DNA of 64,000 nt from Octopus sinensis. Lineage: Eukaryota. The translations under genes were made by a program, and so were the position numbers. Positions 12,334 to 24,390 of the stretch are shown here, in pieces. A model generated the notes under the pieces. It saw only the letters and a program-made list of their open reading frames with translations. It had not been told where the DNA came from and did no database searches. Within the stretch, counting starts at the first letter, position 1. Each line of letters starts with the position of its first letter. Location: positions 3,348,001-3,412,000 of the forward strand of contig NC_043023.1 in assembly GCF_006345805.1 (NCBI RefSeq), read 5' to 3'.

Positions 12334-12544
12334 TTGCAGGCTTAGCTGGATGGAGGTGCTTGTCTCCTCCTTGTAAACATAAGGACACTGGAAATGTTAG
12401 CACGCTGGGCGATATGCTTAGCGGTATTTCATCAGCCGTTATGTTCTGAGTTCAAACTCCGCCGAGGTCGACTTTGCCTTTCATCCTTTCAGGGGTCGAT
12501 AAATTAAGTTTGTTTGGCATCCTTTCTGTCTCGGGAGACAATGG

Positions 12545-12958
12545 AGTTGCGCATTTTTTTTTTTTTTTTTTCTAGGTCTAGTCCGGCTGTTATATTTTAT
12601 TTCCTGTTACATTTCTTGCTGTGGCTGTGTAGTCCTATCCTGGACAAACACTCCCTCTGGCAGGTACTGCAAATGTAGCGAAGACTGTTCCTGGCTGGTT
12701 GTAGTGCCATGGTCTCTTGTTTATGTCTCTTCCTTTCTTTCCATTTCTCCTCTCTCTTTCTGTCACTCCTCTGTATACCCTCTTTTACTGTACGTCGCCA
12801 TTCTCCACGGTTGCCGGCGACTGCCTCCCAACCGCTAATGTTGATGTTGCAGGCCTTCATGTCCCTTTTGCAAACATCCTTGTAACGTAAGATCGGTCTA
12901 CCCACAGACCTAGTACCCCTAGCAAGCTCTCCGTAGAGTATGTCCTTGGGGATTCTAC
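12545..12958 (-). mobile_element. RTE (BovB-like) LINE 3' fragment
   Basis: ORF 12597-12905 contains GRPILRYKDVCKRDMK...W...A.NR..WR..V...C..C.R.CLSRIGLHSH, the typical RTE-BovB C-terminus with its Cys/His knuckle. Confidence 0.85.
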
Positions 12959-13239
12959 CAGTTGTGCAATGGGGTCGATGTAATTGACTTAATCCGTTTG
13001 TCTGGCCTTGTTTGTCTGGCCTTGTTTGTCCCCTCTCTGTATTTAGTCCCTTGTGGGCAATAAAAAATTAAGAATGGAAGTTCGGGTCTCCTGATAAGTT
13101 TGTCTCTGAGTTTGATGGAATGGAAGCAAGTATCAACGTGGGTGGCAAAGTCTTTGATCTAATTTTGGTTGGAAATGGTGTTAAGCAAAGGGATAAATCA
13201 GGGCCATCTCTATGTACATACTTACATATATACATACAT

Positions 13240-13645
13240 ACTCTTTTACCTGTTTCAGACATTTGACTGTGGCCATGCTGGAGCACTGCCTTTAGTCGAG
13301 CAAATCGACCCCAGGACTTATTCTTTGTAAGCCCAGTACTTATTCTATTGGTCTCTTTTGCCGAACTACTAAGTTACGGGGACGTAAACACACCAGCATT
13401 GGTTGTCAAGCGATGTTGGTGGGGACAAACACAGACATACGAACATACACACACACACATACACACATATATATACATATATACGACGGGCTTCTTTCAG
13501 TTTCCGTCTACCATATCCACTCACAAGGCTTTGGTCAGCCCGAGGCTATAGTAGAAGACACTTGTCCAAGATGCCACGCAGTGGGACTGAACCCGGAACC
13601 ATGTGGTTGGTAAGCAAGCTATTTACCACACAGCCACTCCTGCAC
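13240..13645 (-). mobile_element. tRNA-derived SINE family A
   Basis: Full head, body and tail. Lies head-to-head with the copy at 13686-14034. Confidence 0.85.
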
Positions 13646-13685
13646 CTATATACATGCACACATACATGCATATATACATATATAT

Positions 13686-14034
13686 GGAGTAGCTTGCTTA
13701 CCAGCCACATGGTTCTGGGTTCAGTCCCACTCTGTGGCATCTTGGGCAAATGTTTTCTGCTATAGCTTCGGGCCGACCAAAGCCTTGTGAGTGGATTTGG
13801 TAGACAGAAACTGAAAGAAGCCTGTGATATATGTATATATATGTGTGTGTGTGTATATGTTTGTGTGTCTGTGTTTGTCCCTCCAACCGATGCTGGTGTA
13901 TTTATGTCCCCGTAACTTAGCAGTTCGGCAAAAGAGACTGATAGAATAAGTACTATGATTACAAAGAATTTTGCTCGACTAAAGGCGGTGCTCCAGCATG
14001 TCCACAGTCAAATGACTGAAACAAGTAAAAGAGT
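13686..14034 (+). mobile_element. tRNA-derived SINE family A
   Basis: GGAGTAGCTTGCTTACCAGCCACATGGTTCTGGGTTCAGTCC head through to ACTGAAACAAGTAAAAGAG tail. Confidence 0.85.
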
Positions 14035-14117
14035 AAAAAAGTATTATTATAGAAATGATATATATATGTATACCTACCTACCTGCCTACCTGCATACTTA
14101 CCTGCCTGCCTGTCTTT

Positions 14118-14304
14118 CTCCAGCTTCTATATCCAGATTACAAATTTACATTTATACCAAGAATAATCCGTGCACTTGGTTTTGTAAGTAAATATCTGTC
14201 AGTCTGGATAAGCCTGGCTTTCGGGAAAAGAAATCAACCGACTGGTTCACACATTACAAATAGAATCTGTAAGTGGAACAGCAAAACTATGCAAATCTTT
14301 TCTC
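14118..14304 (+). pseudogene. Degenerate C-terminus resembling a restriction-like-endonuclease (R4/NeSL-type) non-LTR retrotransposon ORF
   Basis: One frame gives LQLLYPDYKFTFIPRIIRALGFV. A shifted frame gives EINRLVHTLQIESVSGTAKLCKSFL. This resembles the IPI.IGALG motif that follows the RLE domain (recalled pattern, not a database hit). Confidence 0.45.
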
Positions 14305-14658
14305 TCCAGCATAAAATGGGACATTGTTTTTGTTATCCACATTCTAACAATGGAGTTTTGTATTTTTGTTAGAAACCAGCTCCTTCTTCAAAGGAAGAAT
14401 TTAAACAATTACAAACAGAAAAGAATATACGTACATATGTATCTAAATGTCACCGCGTGTGTACCGTTGGCGATTTTTTTCCTCTGTCTTCCCTTCTCTG
14501 GATCTTTCCTTCTCCTATGTTTCCGACGAAGAGCTCCGCTCGAAACATTAAACTCTCCTTCTTTCCTGAGCGTCCAATAATACTATATTTGTTCCACGTC
14601 CTCGCGTTGTTGTGTTTTTTTTGTGCTTTCTTGTTTGGATTAACTATATATATTTATA

Positions 14659-14721
<63 letters not shown>

Positions 14722-14723
14722 AT

Positions 14724-14943
14724 ACTCTTTTACTTGTTTCAGTCATTTGATTGTGGCCATGCTGAAGCACCGCCTTAGTCGAGCAAATCGACCCCAGGAC
14801 TATTCTTTGTAAGCCTAGTACTTATTCTATCGGACTCTTTTGCTGAACTGCTGTAAGTTACGGGGACATAAACACACCAGCATCAGTTGTCAAGCGATGT
14901 GGGGGGAACAAACACAGACACACAAACATATACACACACATCA

Positions 14944-14996
<53 letters not shown>

Positions 14997-15065
14997 ATAT
15001 TATATTATCACGGGCTTCTTTCAGTTTCAATCTACCAAATCCACTCACAAGGCTTTGGTCAGCCC
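14724..15065 (-). mobile_element. tRNA-derived SINE family A, head missing
   Basis: Tail and body match the other copies. Confidence 0.8.
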
Positions 15066-15269
15066 TGAGCTCGCATGGTTGCAAAGCGAGATATGCTGTG
15101 ACTGCAAAGACCTGACAAATAATGTGAGTTCATGGCTGTTTCCTGCACCAGCTTCACATAGCAGCCACAGCCCATCCAAAGTACCTTGGATCGCAGAACG
15201 GCCTGCTGTGCTTACCTTGGATCGTAGGGTGACCTGCTGTGCTTGAGGAGACCTATTGAGTCAAGTACA

Positions 15270-16045
15270 TCAACATCAAAATAAATATCAAATGGAAATT
15301 GTAGTTATGATACCTGTGCCGGCGGCACGTAAAAAGCACCATCTAAACGTGGCCAATGCCAGCACTGCCTTGAATGGCTTCTGTGCCGGTGGCACGCAAA
15401 AAGCACCAACCGATTGTGGCCACAACCAGCCTCCCCTGGCACCTGTGCCGGTGGCGCGTAAAAATCACCATCTGAATGTGGCTGTTGCCAGCGCCGCCTT
15501 GACTGGCTTCAATGCCGGTGGCACGTAAAAAGCACCAACCAATTGTGGCTGTTGCCAGCCTCCCCTGGCACCTATGCCAGTGGCACATAAAAAGCACCCA
15601 TTACCCTCACGGAGTGGTTGGCGTTAGGAAGGGCATCCAGCTGTAGAAACACTGCCAGATCAGACTGGGGCCTGGTGCAGCCTCCATGGCTTCCCAGACC
15701 CTGGTCGAACCATCCAACCCATGCCAGCATGGAAAGCAGACGCTAAACGATGATGATGATGGAAATTGTAGTTATGATTCCCATGCTGGTGACACGCAGA
15801 AAGTACCAACCGATCGTGGCTGTTGCTAGCCTCGCCTGGCACCTGTGCCAGTGGAACATAAAAAGCACCCACTACCCTCATGGAGTGGTTGGCATTAGGA
15901 AGGACATCCAGCCGTAGAAACACTGCCAGATCAGACTGGGGCCTGGTGCAGCCTCCATGGCTTCCCAGACCCTGGTCGAACCATCCAACCCATGCCAGCA
16001 TGGAAAACGGACGTTAAACGATGATGATGATGATGATGATGATAG
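15270..16045 (+). mobile_element. RTE LINE 3' UTR fragments, tandemly duplicated
   Basis: Two successive copies, each ending CCAACCCATGCCAGCATGGAAA..ACG(C/T)TAAACGATGATGAT, the same UTR as the LINE at 18041. Confidence 0.8.
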
Positions 16046-16319
16046 CCATTGCCCACCTCCTGTATTGAATCTATCTCAACAGCAAATCACAAATCACACG
16101 CAACACAGAGATAACGTATCCGAGCAACAAACCAGCATCAGACTTCACGGCCAAACTATTTCCTGATCAATGAAAGAAACCTGAAGACAAGAAGTCTGCA
16201 AAACGGAGAGAATCAAGTCTGAGGCTTATAAATACAACAACAACAACAACAAAAACAAAAAATAAATATAAATAGAAATAAATGAAATAGAATCAAATCA
16301 TGAAACATGCATTCATTCA

Positions 16320-16660
16320 TCTTCCTTTCTCTTCTTCTTCTTCTTCTTCCTCCTCCTCCTCCTCCTCCTGCTCATTCATGATTGCCTTGTTGTTGTTGTT
16401 GTTCTTCTTCTTCTTCTTCTTCTTCCAATTCTTCTTCTTCTTCTTCTTCTTCCAATTCTTCTTCCAATTCTTCTTCTTCTTCTTCTTCTTCTTCTTCTTC
16501 TTCTTCTTCTTCCAATTCTTCTTCTTCTTCTTCCAATTCTTCTTCTTCTCTTCTTCTTCTTCCAATTCTTCTTCTTCTTCTTCTTCTTCTTCTTCTTCCA
16601 ATTCTTCTTCTTCTTCTTCCAATTCTTCTTCTTCTTCTTCTTCTTCTCCTCCTCCTCCTC
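16320..16660. repeat. (CTT)n/(TTG)n microsatellite with interspersed CCAATT
   Basis: Directly visible. Source of the poly-F/S/E/K ORFs. Confidence 0.95.
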
Positions 16661-17105
16661 CCCCACCCCTCCCATTCCCCATTCAAGCACAGCATCATTC
16701 CCATGATGCCCTGCTTCAACCAACACCAATCCCCCCCCCACCCCAACCCACCACCACTGCACATTCAAAAACACATCACACTGCAGACAAAACCAATTAG
16801 GTTTTGAACCGATCATGATCAACAGAGATTATTTATTGTCCAAAGAAATAATACAAGAGGATGATGACTCCGAAGGAAATATGAAAATATCTTTTTCAGG
16901 AAAATTTTAAACTAGGACAACAACAGCGATGGCTGTCTTCTTGTGTCTTCTTCTGTCTTGTGTTTGCCATAGAAAAAAGGTTTTGAAAGAAAACTTGCTT
17001 TTTTTTTTCCATATATATTCATGTATGTATGTATGTACACATATATCTCTGTATATTTATGTACATATATGTATATATTTATGTATGTGTGTGTATATAT
17101 ATATA

Positions 17106-17158
<53 letters not shown>

Positions 17159-17843
17159 TTGTGTGTATATGTGTATGTATGTATACGTATGTATATATAT
17201 ATACATAGTTATATATATATAACATTATATATGTATGTGAGTAATATTGTATGTATGTATGTATTATATATATTATATATATTATATATATACATGTATA
17301 TATATATATGTGTATATATATATGTGTGTATATATAATATATATATATCTATATATATATATATATATATAATATATTATATATATATATATATATTGGC
17401 AGGGCTTACTGCTAGGAGGGCACTGGTTTTAAATTGATATTAAAATTAATTATTAATTTATCTCCCTCATTAGTTTATTAAATTTTATATATATATATAT
17501 ATAAATGTGTGTATATATATATAAATATATCTACATGTATCATCATCATCATTGTTTAATGTCCACTTTCCATGCTGGCATGGGTTGGGCAGACTGAGGA
17601 CTGGCGAACCAGATGGCTGCACCAGGCTCCAATCTGATCTGGTAGAGTTTCTACAGCTTGATGCCAACCACTCTTATAGTAATGCTTCAATATTACAAGT
17701 TAATTTGTTCCTGGAAGTGAAAACTCATAAGGCAGAGCAATAATTTCTGATAGAAGCAATGTTATAAATTGTAATTCGTTCCCAGAAAAATATTTTACCT
17801 CTAAAATATATATTTCTCGTAATTAAATGGCAATAAAACAACA

Positions 17844-18008
17844 GGCGTAGGAGTGGCTGTGTGGTAAGTAGCTTGCTTATGAACCACATGGTTCCGGGTT
17901 CAGTCCCACTACGTGACACCTTGTGCAAGTGTCTTCTATTATAGCCTTAGGTCAACCAAAGCCTTGTGAGTGGATTTGGTAGACGGAAACTGAAAGAAGC
18001 CCATCGTA

Positions 18009-18040
<32 letters not shown>
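17844..18040 (+). mobile_element. SINE family A 5' half; 3' half at 24436-24660
   Basis: Head and body end in the central (TA)n tract. The matching second half resumes after about 6.4 kb of RTE insertions. Confidence 0.75.
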
Positions 18041-18041
<1 letters not shown>

Positions 18042-18924
18042 CATCATCATCATCATCGTCGTTTAACGTCCATTCTCCATGCTAGCATGGGTTGGACGGT
18101 TCGACCGGGGTTCTGGAAGCCAGAAGGCTGCACAGGCTCCAGTCTAATTTGGCAATGTTTCTACAGCTGGATGCCATTCCTAACGCAAAACCAAAGTGAG
18201 TGTAGTGGGTGCTTTTTACGTGCCACCTGCACAGGTGCCAGGCGGGGCTGGCAACGGCCACGGTCAGATTGGTGTATTTTATGTGCCACGGCACGGAAGC
18301 CAGTCGAGGCGGTTGCTGCATCGGCCACGAGTCGGATAGTGCTTTTTACGTACCACCAGACCAGGGATCCTGGCTGGTTCAATTCGATTTCGATTTCGCT
18401 TGCCCCAACATGTCTTCACAAGCAAAGGGGGTTGGCAAGGGTGCCTGTCGTACGGTCGCATTGGAGTATTTTACGTGCCACGGCCACGAGTCGGATAGTG
18501 CTTTTTACGTAACACCAGACCAGGGATCCTGGCTGGTTCAATTCGATTTCGATTTCGCTTGCCCCAACATGTCTTCACAAGCAAAGGGGGTTGGCATGGG
18601 TGCCTGTCGTACGGTCGCATTGGAGTATTTTACGTGCCACGGCCCCACGGATAGTCGGATAGTGCTTTTTACGTACCACCAGGCCAGGGATCCTGGCTGG
18701 TTCAATTCGGTTTCGATTTCGATTTCGATTTCGCTTGCCCCAACATGTCTTCGCAAGCATGGGGGGTTGGATGGGTGGTCTGTCGTCGGATGAGGTTCTA
18801 TATCGACTTCGCTTGCCTCAACCGGTCTTTGTGTCCAGGGAGGGAGGAAAGGCATTCATAAGTGGGCTGGGCTCACTTGTCCTGCCTGGTCTTCTCACGT
18901 ACAGTACAGAATATTTCCAAAGGT

Positions 18925-21900
18925 CTCGGTCTCTGGTCATTTCCTCAGTGAGGCCTAAAGTTCGAAGGTCGTGCTTCACCACCTCGTCCCAGGTTTCCTG
19001 GGTCTACCTCTTCCACGGGTTCCCTCAACTGCTAGGGATTGGCACTTTCTCACACACCTATCTTCATCCATTCTCGCCACATGACCATACCAGCGCAATC
19101 GTCTCTCTTGCACACCACAACTGATGCTTCTTAGGTACAACATTTCTCTCAAGGTGCTAACGCTCTGTCGAGTATGGACACTGACATTACACATCCATCG
19201 GAGCATACTGGCTTCATTCCTCACGAGCTTACGCATGTCCTCAGCAGTCACAGCCCATGTTTCGCTGCCATGTAGCATGGCTGTTCGTACACACGCATCA
19301 TACAGTCTGCCTTTTACTCTGAGCGAGAGGCCTTTAGTCACCAGCAGAGGTAAGAGCTCCCTAAACTTTGCCCAGGCTATTCTTATTCTAGCAGTTACAC
19401 TTTCAGCGCACCCACCCCCACTACTGACTTGGTCACCTAGATAACGGAAGCTATCAACTACTTCTAGTTTTTCCCCCTGGAAAGTGACGGAAGTTGTTTT
19501 CTGCAGATTTTCGGAGGTTAATGCTCCCGAGCATCTGCCACATACAAAAACTATCTTCCCAGTTAGCCTACCTTGACATTGCCTGCACCTCTTATGTGTC
19601 CATAGCTTACACTGGGTACATCTTATAGAGTTTCTACCTACACCTTTTTACAGATCGAGCAGGGCCATCTTCCTGAAGATATTTGTGGATTGTCTACCTT
19701 TCTACTTATTAGTACTTTGGTTTTAGCTAGGTTGACTCTAAGGCCCCTGATTCTAAACCCTCCTTCCACACCTGGAACTTCTCCTCCAGTTCTGATAGTG
19801 ACTCAGCAATAAGAGCAAGGTCGTCAGCGTAGAGGAGCTCCCAGGGACAGCCTGTCTTGAATTCCCCGTAATTGCCTGGAGTACTATGATAAATAGGAGG
19901 GGCTGAGTACTGAACCCTGGTGGACCCCAAACTCTACTTTGAATTCTTCTGTGTACATGTTGCCAACCCTAACCTTACTTACGGCATCTCTGTACATGGC
20001 TTGCACAGTCCTCACCAGCCATTCATCTATCCCTAGTTTCCTCATTGACCACCAGATAAGGGATCGGGGGACCCTATCAAAAGCTTTCTCCATGTCAACG
20101 AAAGCCAGGTACAGGGGCTTATCTTTGGCTAGGTATTTCTCCTGCAGCTGCCTTACCAGGAATATAGCATCAGTGGTATTTTCCTGGCACGAACCCAAAC
20201 TGCATCTCATCTAAACTAACTCTCTCTCTAATTAGTTGGGCTATGACCCTCTCCGTAACCTTCATTACTTGATCCAACAGCTTGATACCTCTGTAATTAT
20301 TTGTATCTAGGGCATCACCTTTACCTTGTAGCAGTTGACTAGTATGCTGCTGCACCAGTCATTGGGTATGACTCCTTCGTGTATCACCTGGTTGACTATA
20401 CGGGTGACTAGGTTATAGCCGACACTGCCAGATATTTTGAGCATCTCTGCAGTAATTCCTGATGGGCCTGGGGCTTTCCCTGTCTTCATGCTTCTAATTG
20501 CCTTAGCTACCACGGAACTATCAACTCGGATAGCTGGTCCCTCTGTAGGGTCAACATTCGGCAGACTCTCTTTATCCCATTCATTTTCCTCATTCAGTAA
20601 CCTTCATAGTGGCGTCTCCAAGCTTCTCTCTTTGCATCCTCATTTAGCGCAAGTGAACCATCCTCCATGCGAACACATTTCTCTCCTACCACATCACGAT
20701 TCTCTCTCACACACTGTCTTGCAACACGAAATACCTCAAGTCTTTCATCCTCACGGCGCAGGACATTGGCAAATTTTCTCTTATCTGCTTCCCCTCTGGC
20801 TAGATAGACCTGTCTCCTAGCTTCCCTTCTGGCAGTCTGATACCCTTCCTGCTACCACCATTCTTCCAGGCCTTCCAAGCCTGTTTCTTTTGTCTAATAG
20901 CCTGTCAACAATATTGTTCCACCACCACGTTATTTTGGGTCTTAAGGGGACTTTGCACCAGCCACAGATCTGGTCAGCGGCTTTCAGCAGGTTGTCCCTC
21001 AGAAACGTCCAGTTGTCTTCTACCCCATGTGTAGCTATACCCCCTTCCACTTCGTCAAAGGCTTCAAGTAACATATCTCTAAATCTCTGTCCATTCGCAG
21101 GGGCTTTAAGCTTCCAGACCCTTCTTCTCCATGTTGGTCGTCTTCTAGTCGCCCTCTTAGTCCTGATCCTAAAGTCACTAACTACCAGTCTATGTTGTGG
21201 GGTGCATTCTTCGCCTGGGAAGGTTTTGGCATTTTTTTTAAGCAGCCATCTTTCCCTTTTTCTGGCAAGGATGTAGTCGATTTGGCTAGTATGCCGGCCC
21301 GATCGGTAGGTGACCAGGTGGCTTGTTGGTTTCCTGAAGTTAGTGTTGCAGACCATAAGACTATTCGCATCGCAGAACTCCAGCAGCCTGGTTCCCTCCT
21401 CGTTGCGGGAACCATAACCGTAGCCTCCATGTACGCCATGGAAGCCCCCAGCATGTCGTCCACATGCCCATTGAAATCACCAGCCACAAAGAGAAGGTCC
21501 CTGTCGTTCGTCGATGAGGTGGTCTGCAGTAGGGTGTCATAGAAACTGTCTTTCTGTCCATCGGGTAGCCCTGGCTGAGGGGCATAGGCCGATATAATGG
21601 TTGCTAATCTATTATGAAGCACTATTCTAATCTTAAGTATTCTGTCACTTACTCTGATTACCTCAATTACTCTATCTATCCATTTCTCAGCGATAATTAT
21701 ACCCACGCCACCAACCCCGTCAGTGTTCCCTGCCCAGAAAATCTTGTACCTGTGTCCCTTGCCTGTGAGGACCCTAGCAGATCCTCCTCTCCACCTTATT
21801 TCTTGCATACAACATACATCAACACGTCTCCGTTCAAGCATCTCGACTATCTCGCCAGACCTACCTTTCAATGTGCCAACGTTGAGGGTGCCTACCCTGA

Positions 21901-21991
21901 GGGTGTGGGAGGTGGGGCCTCTGAGACCCTGGGATGAGGGGGCCGCAGTGTTCTGTACCTGAAAAGAAAGCTTGCATTTGCCAGATATCAT
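18925..21991 (-). pseudogene. RTE ORF (endonuclease-RT) broken by multiple frameshifts
   Basis: Consecutive minus-strand ORF pieces 21182-21991, 20817-21356, 20307-20513, 20170-20355, 19884-20210, 19727-19930 and 18976-19341 join into one RTE polyprotein. Confidence 0.9.
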
Positions 21992-22149
21992 ACTGAGACT
22001 CTAGACTACAACCTGCATAAATTTCAAAGTTTTTGCGCTATATGATCACAATAAACCCTACATAGGGGTGCGGGGGGGGGGGGGCAAGAAAGATAGAAAA
22101 CAGAAACTTCCGGTTCTGGTAGAGGGGTAGGAGGGCAGGGTCACCTCCA

Positions 22150-23976
22150 AGGAACAACAGGTTTTAAGTTAATACGTAGGGAATTTTCTGCGACAGAAAT
22201 TACTGAACATCTAGAAACTTCGGGGTTCGATTAAAACATAATATAAATAGGAGAGAGGGAGAATATTGTAGTGAATTCTGGGGATGGAATAACAACGGGA
22301 TGACACTGAAATTAAAGGAGGAATTTAAAATGCATGACAGACAGGAAGCCATGCATACAAGATGGCGAAACAAATAATAGAGAAACGGGATTTTAGGGTT
22401 ACGAATCAACGCTTTAAAAAAATGAATATGAATGACAGGTTGTAAGTTAAATTCGCTTAGCTGGTCATTTTTCGAGTCAGTGTTTTGTCAGCAAGATGTA
22501 GAATCGAGAAGAGGACGAGATAAATCGAACACTGCTTTATAAAGAGTTAGGGATTGGGGGGGGGGATTATCAGGTGGAAGCATGAGGAAAGAGAGAGGGG
22601 GGAGGGAAGAGAAGAGAGAGAGCTAAGGGACAACATGTTTAATTCGTAAGGAATTTTCTGCAACAGAAATTACTGAACATCTAGAAACTTCGGGGTTCGA
22701 GAAGAATGTACTATAAAAAGAGAGAGAGAAAATATTCGTAGGGAATTTAGGGTATCTTGGGGGGAAAGGAATAACGACGAAGGAACAACAGGTTTTAAGT
22801 TAATACGTAGGGAATTTTCTGCGAAAGAAATTACTGAACATCTAGAAACTTCGGGGTTCGAGAAGAATGTAATATAAATAAGGAGAGAGAAAATATTTCG
22901 TAGGGAATTTAGGGTATCTTTGAACAACAGGTTTTAAGTTAATACGTAGGGAATTTTCTGCGACAGAAATTACTGAACATCTAGAAACTTCGGGGTTCGA
23001 GAAGAATGTAATATAAATAAGAGAGAGAGAAAATATTTCGTAGGGAATTTAGGGTATATTTAACAACAGGTTTTAAGTTAATACGTAGGGAATTTTCTGC
23101 GACAGAAATTACTGAACATCTAGAAACTTCGGGGTTCGAGAAGAATGTAATATAAATAAGAGAGAGAGAAAATATTCGTAGGGAATTTAGGGTATCTTTG
23201 AACAACAGGTTTTAAGTTAATACGTAGGGAATTTTCTGCGACAGAAATACTGAACATCTAGAAACTTCGGGGTTCGAGAAGAATGTAATATAATAAGAGA
23301 GAGAGAAAATATTTCGTAGGGAATTTAGGGTATCTTTGAACAACAGGTTAAGTTAATACGTAGGGAATTTTCTGCGACAGAAATTACTGAACATCTAGAA
23401 ACTTCGGGGTTCGAGAAGAATGTAATATAAATAAGAGAGAGAGAAAAATTTCGTAGGGAATTTAGGGTATCTTTGAACAACAGGTTTTAAGTTAATACGT
23501 AGGGAATTTTCTGCGACGAAAAAATTACTGAACATCTAGAAACTTCGGGGTTCGAGAAGAATGTCATTAAATAAGAGAGAGAGAAAATATTTCGTTAGGA
23601 ATTAGGGTATCTTTGGGGAAGGAATAACGACGAAGGAACAACAGGTTTTAAGTTAATACGTAGGGAATTTTCTGCGACAGGAAAATTACTGAACTCTAGA
23701 AACTTCGGGGTGCGAGAAGAATGTAATATAAATAAGAGAGAGAGAAAATATTCGTAGGAATTTAGGGTATCTTTGGGGAAAGGAAAATAACGACGAGGAA
23801 CACAGGTTTTAAGTTAATACGTAGGGAATTTTCTGCGACAGAAATTACTGAACATCTAGAAACTTCGGGGTTCGAGAAGAATGTAATATAAATAAGAGAG
23901 AGAGAAAATATTTCGTAGGGAATTTAGGGTATCTTTGGGGAAAGGATAACGACGAAGGAACAACAGGTTTTAAGTT
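22150..23976. repeat. Tandem ~139-bp monomers (some ~160 bp) at the 5' end of the RTE LINE
   Basis: CAACAGGTTTTAAGTTAATACGTAGGGAATTTTCTGCGACAGAAATTACTGAACATCTAGAAACTTCGGGGTTCG recurs at 22925, 23064, 23203, 23341 and 23478, among others. One isolated copy lies near 22155. Confidence 0.9.
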
Positions 23977-24002
23977 AATATATATATATATATATATATA
24001 TA

Positions 24003-24354
24003 TCCGAGCGTGATCATTGCCAAAGCCGCTATCTGGCCTCCGTGCTGGTGGCACGTAAAAGACAACATTCGAGCATGATCTTTACCAGCATTGCCTTACT
24101 GGCACCTGTGCCGGTGGCATGTGTAAAAGATTTTAGCGAGGTCATTGCCAGTGCCGCCTGACAGGCCCCCGTGCCGGTGGCATGTAAAAAGCACCCACTA
24201 CACTCTCAGAGTGGTTGGCATTAGGAAGGGCATCCAGCTGTAAAAACTCTGCCAAATCAAGATTGGAGTGTGGTGCAGCCATCTGGTTCACCAGATCTCA
24301 GATATTCGTCCAACCCATGCTAGCATGGAAAGGGGACGTTAAATGATGATGATG

Positions 24355-24357
<3 letters not shown>
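24003..24357 (+). mobile_element. RTE 3' UTR fragment, opposite orientation to the large LINE
   Basis: GGCACCTGTGCCGGTGGCA motifs and a GATGATGAT tail, flanked by (TA)n on both sides. Confidence 0.8.

Positions 24358-24390
<33 letters not shown>

Larger units (their letters stand above)
12055..12397. mobile_element. Palindromic element with ~125-bp arms, probably Penelope-like pseudo-LTR derived
   Basis: Arms 12055-12180 and 12276-12397 are inverted repeats, each carrying a hammerhead motif. Confidence 0.65.
18041..23976 (-). mobile_element. Near full-length RTE-clade LINE (APE endonuclease + reverse transcriptase)
   Basis: (ATG/GAT)n tail at 18041-18056, GC-rich 3' UTR, RT motifs (AFVDMEKAFDRVP, GVHQGSVLSP, LLYADDL), endonuclease motifs (GTLNV, MQE, SAYAP, GDFNGH) and tandem repeats at the 5' end. 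Both ends abut (TA)n. Confidence 0.9.

Noticed and set aside
16050-16240. Possible minus-strand exon (several polypyrimidine-AG acceptors)
   Set aside because: No open frame links to a convincing donor or to other exons.
22640-23976. Regular arrays (also 27144-28214 and 53547-54950) considered as CRISPR
   Set aside because: Units are contiguous near-identical repeats with no unique spacers, there are no cas genes, and the context is eukaryotic.
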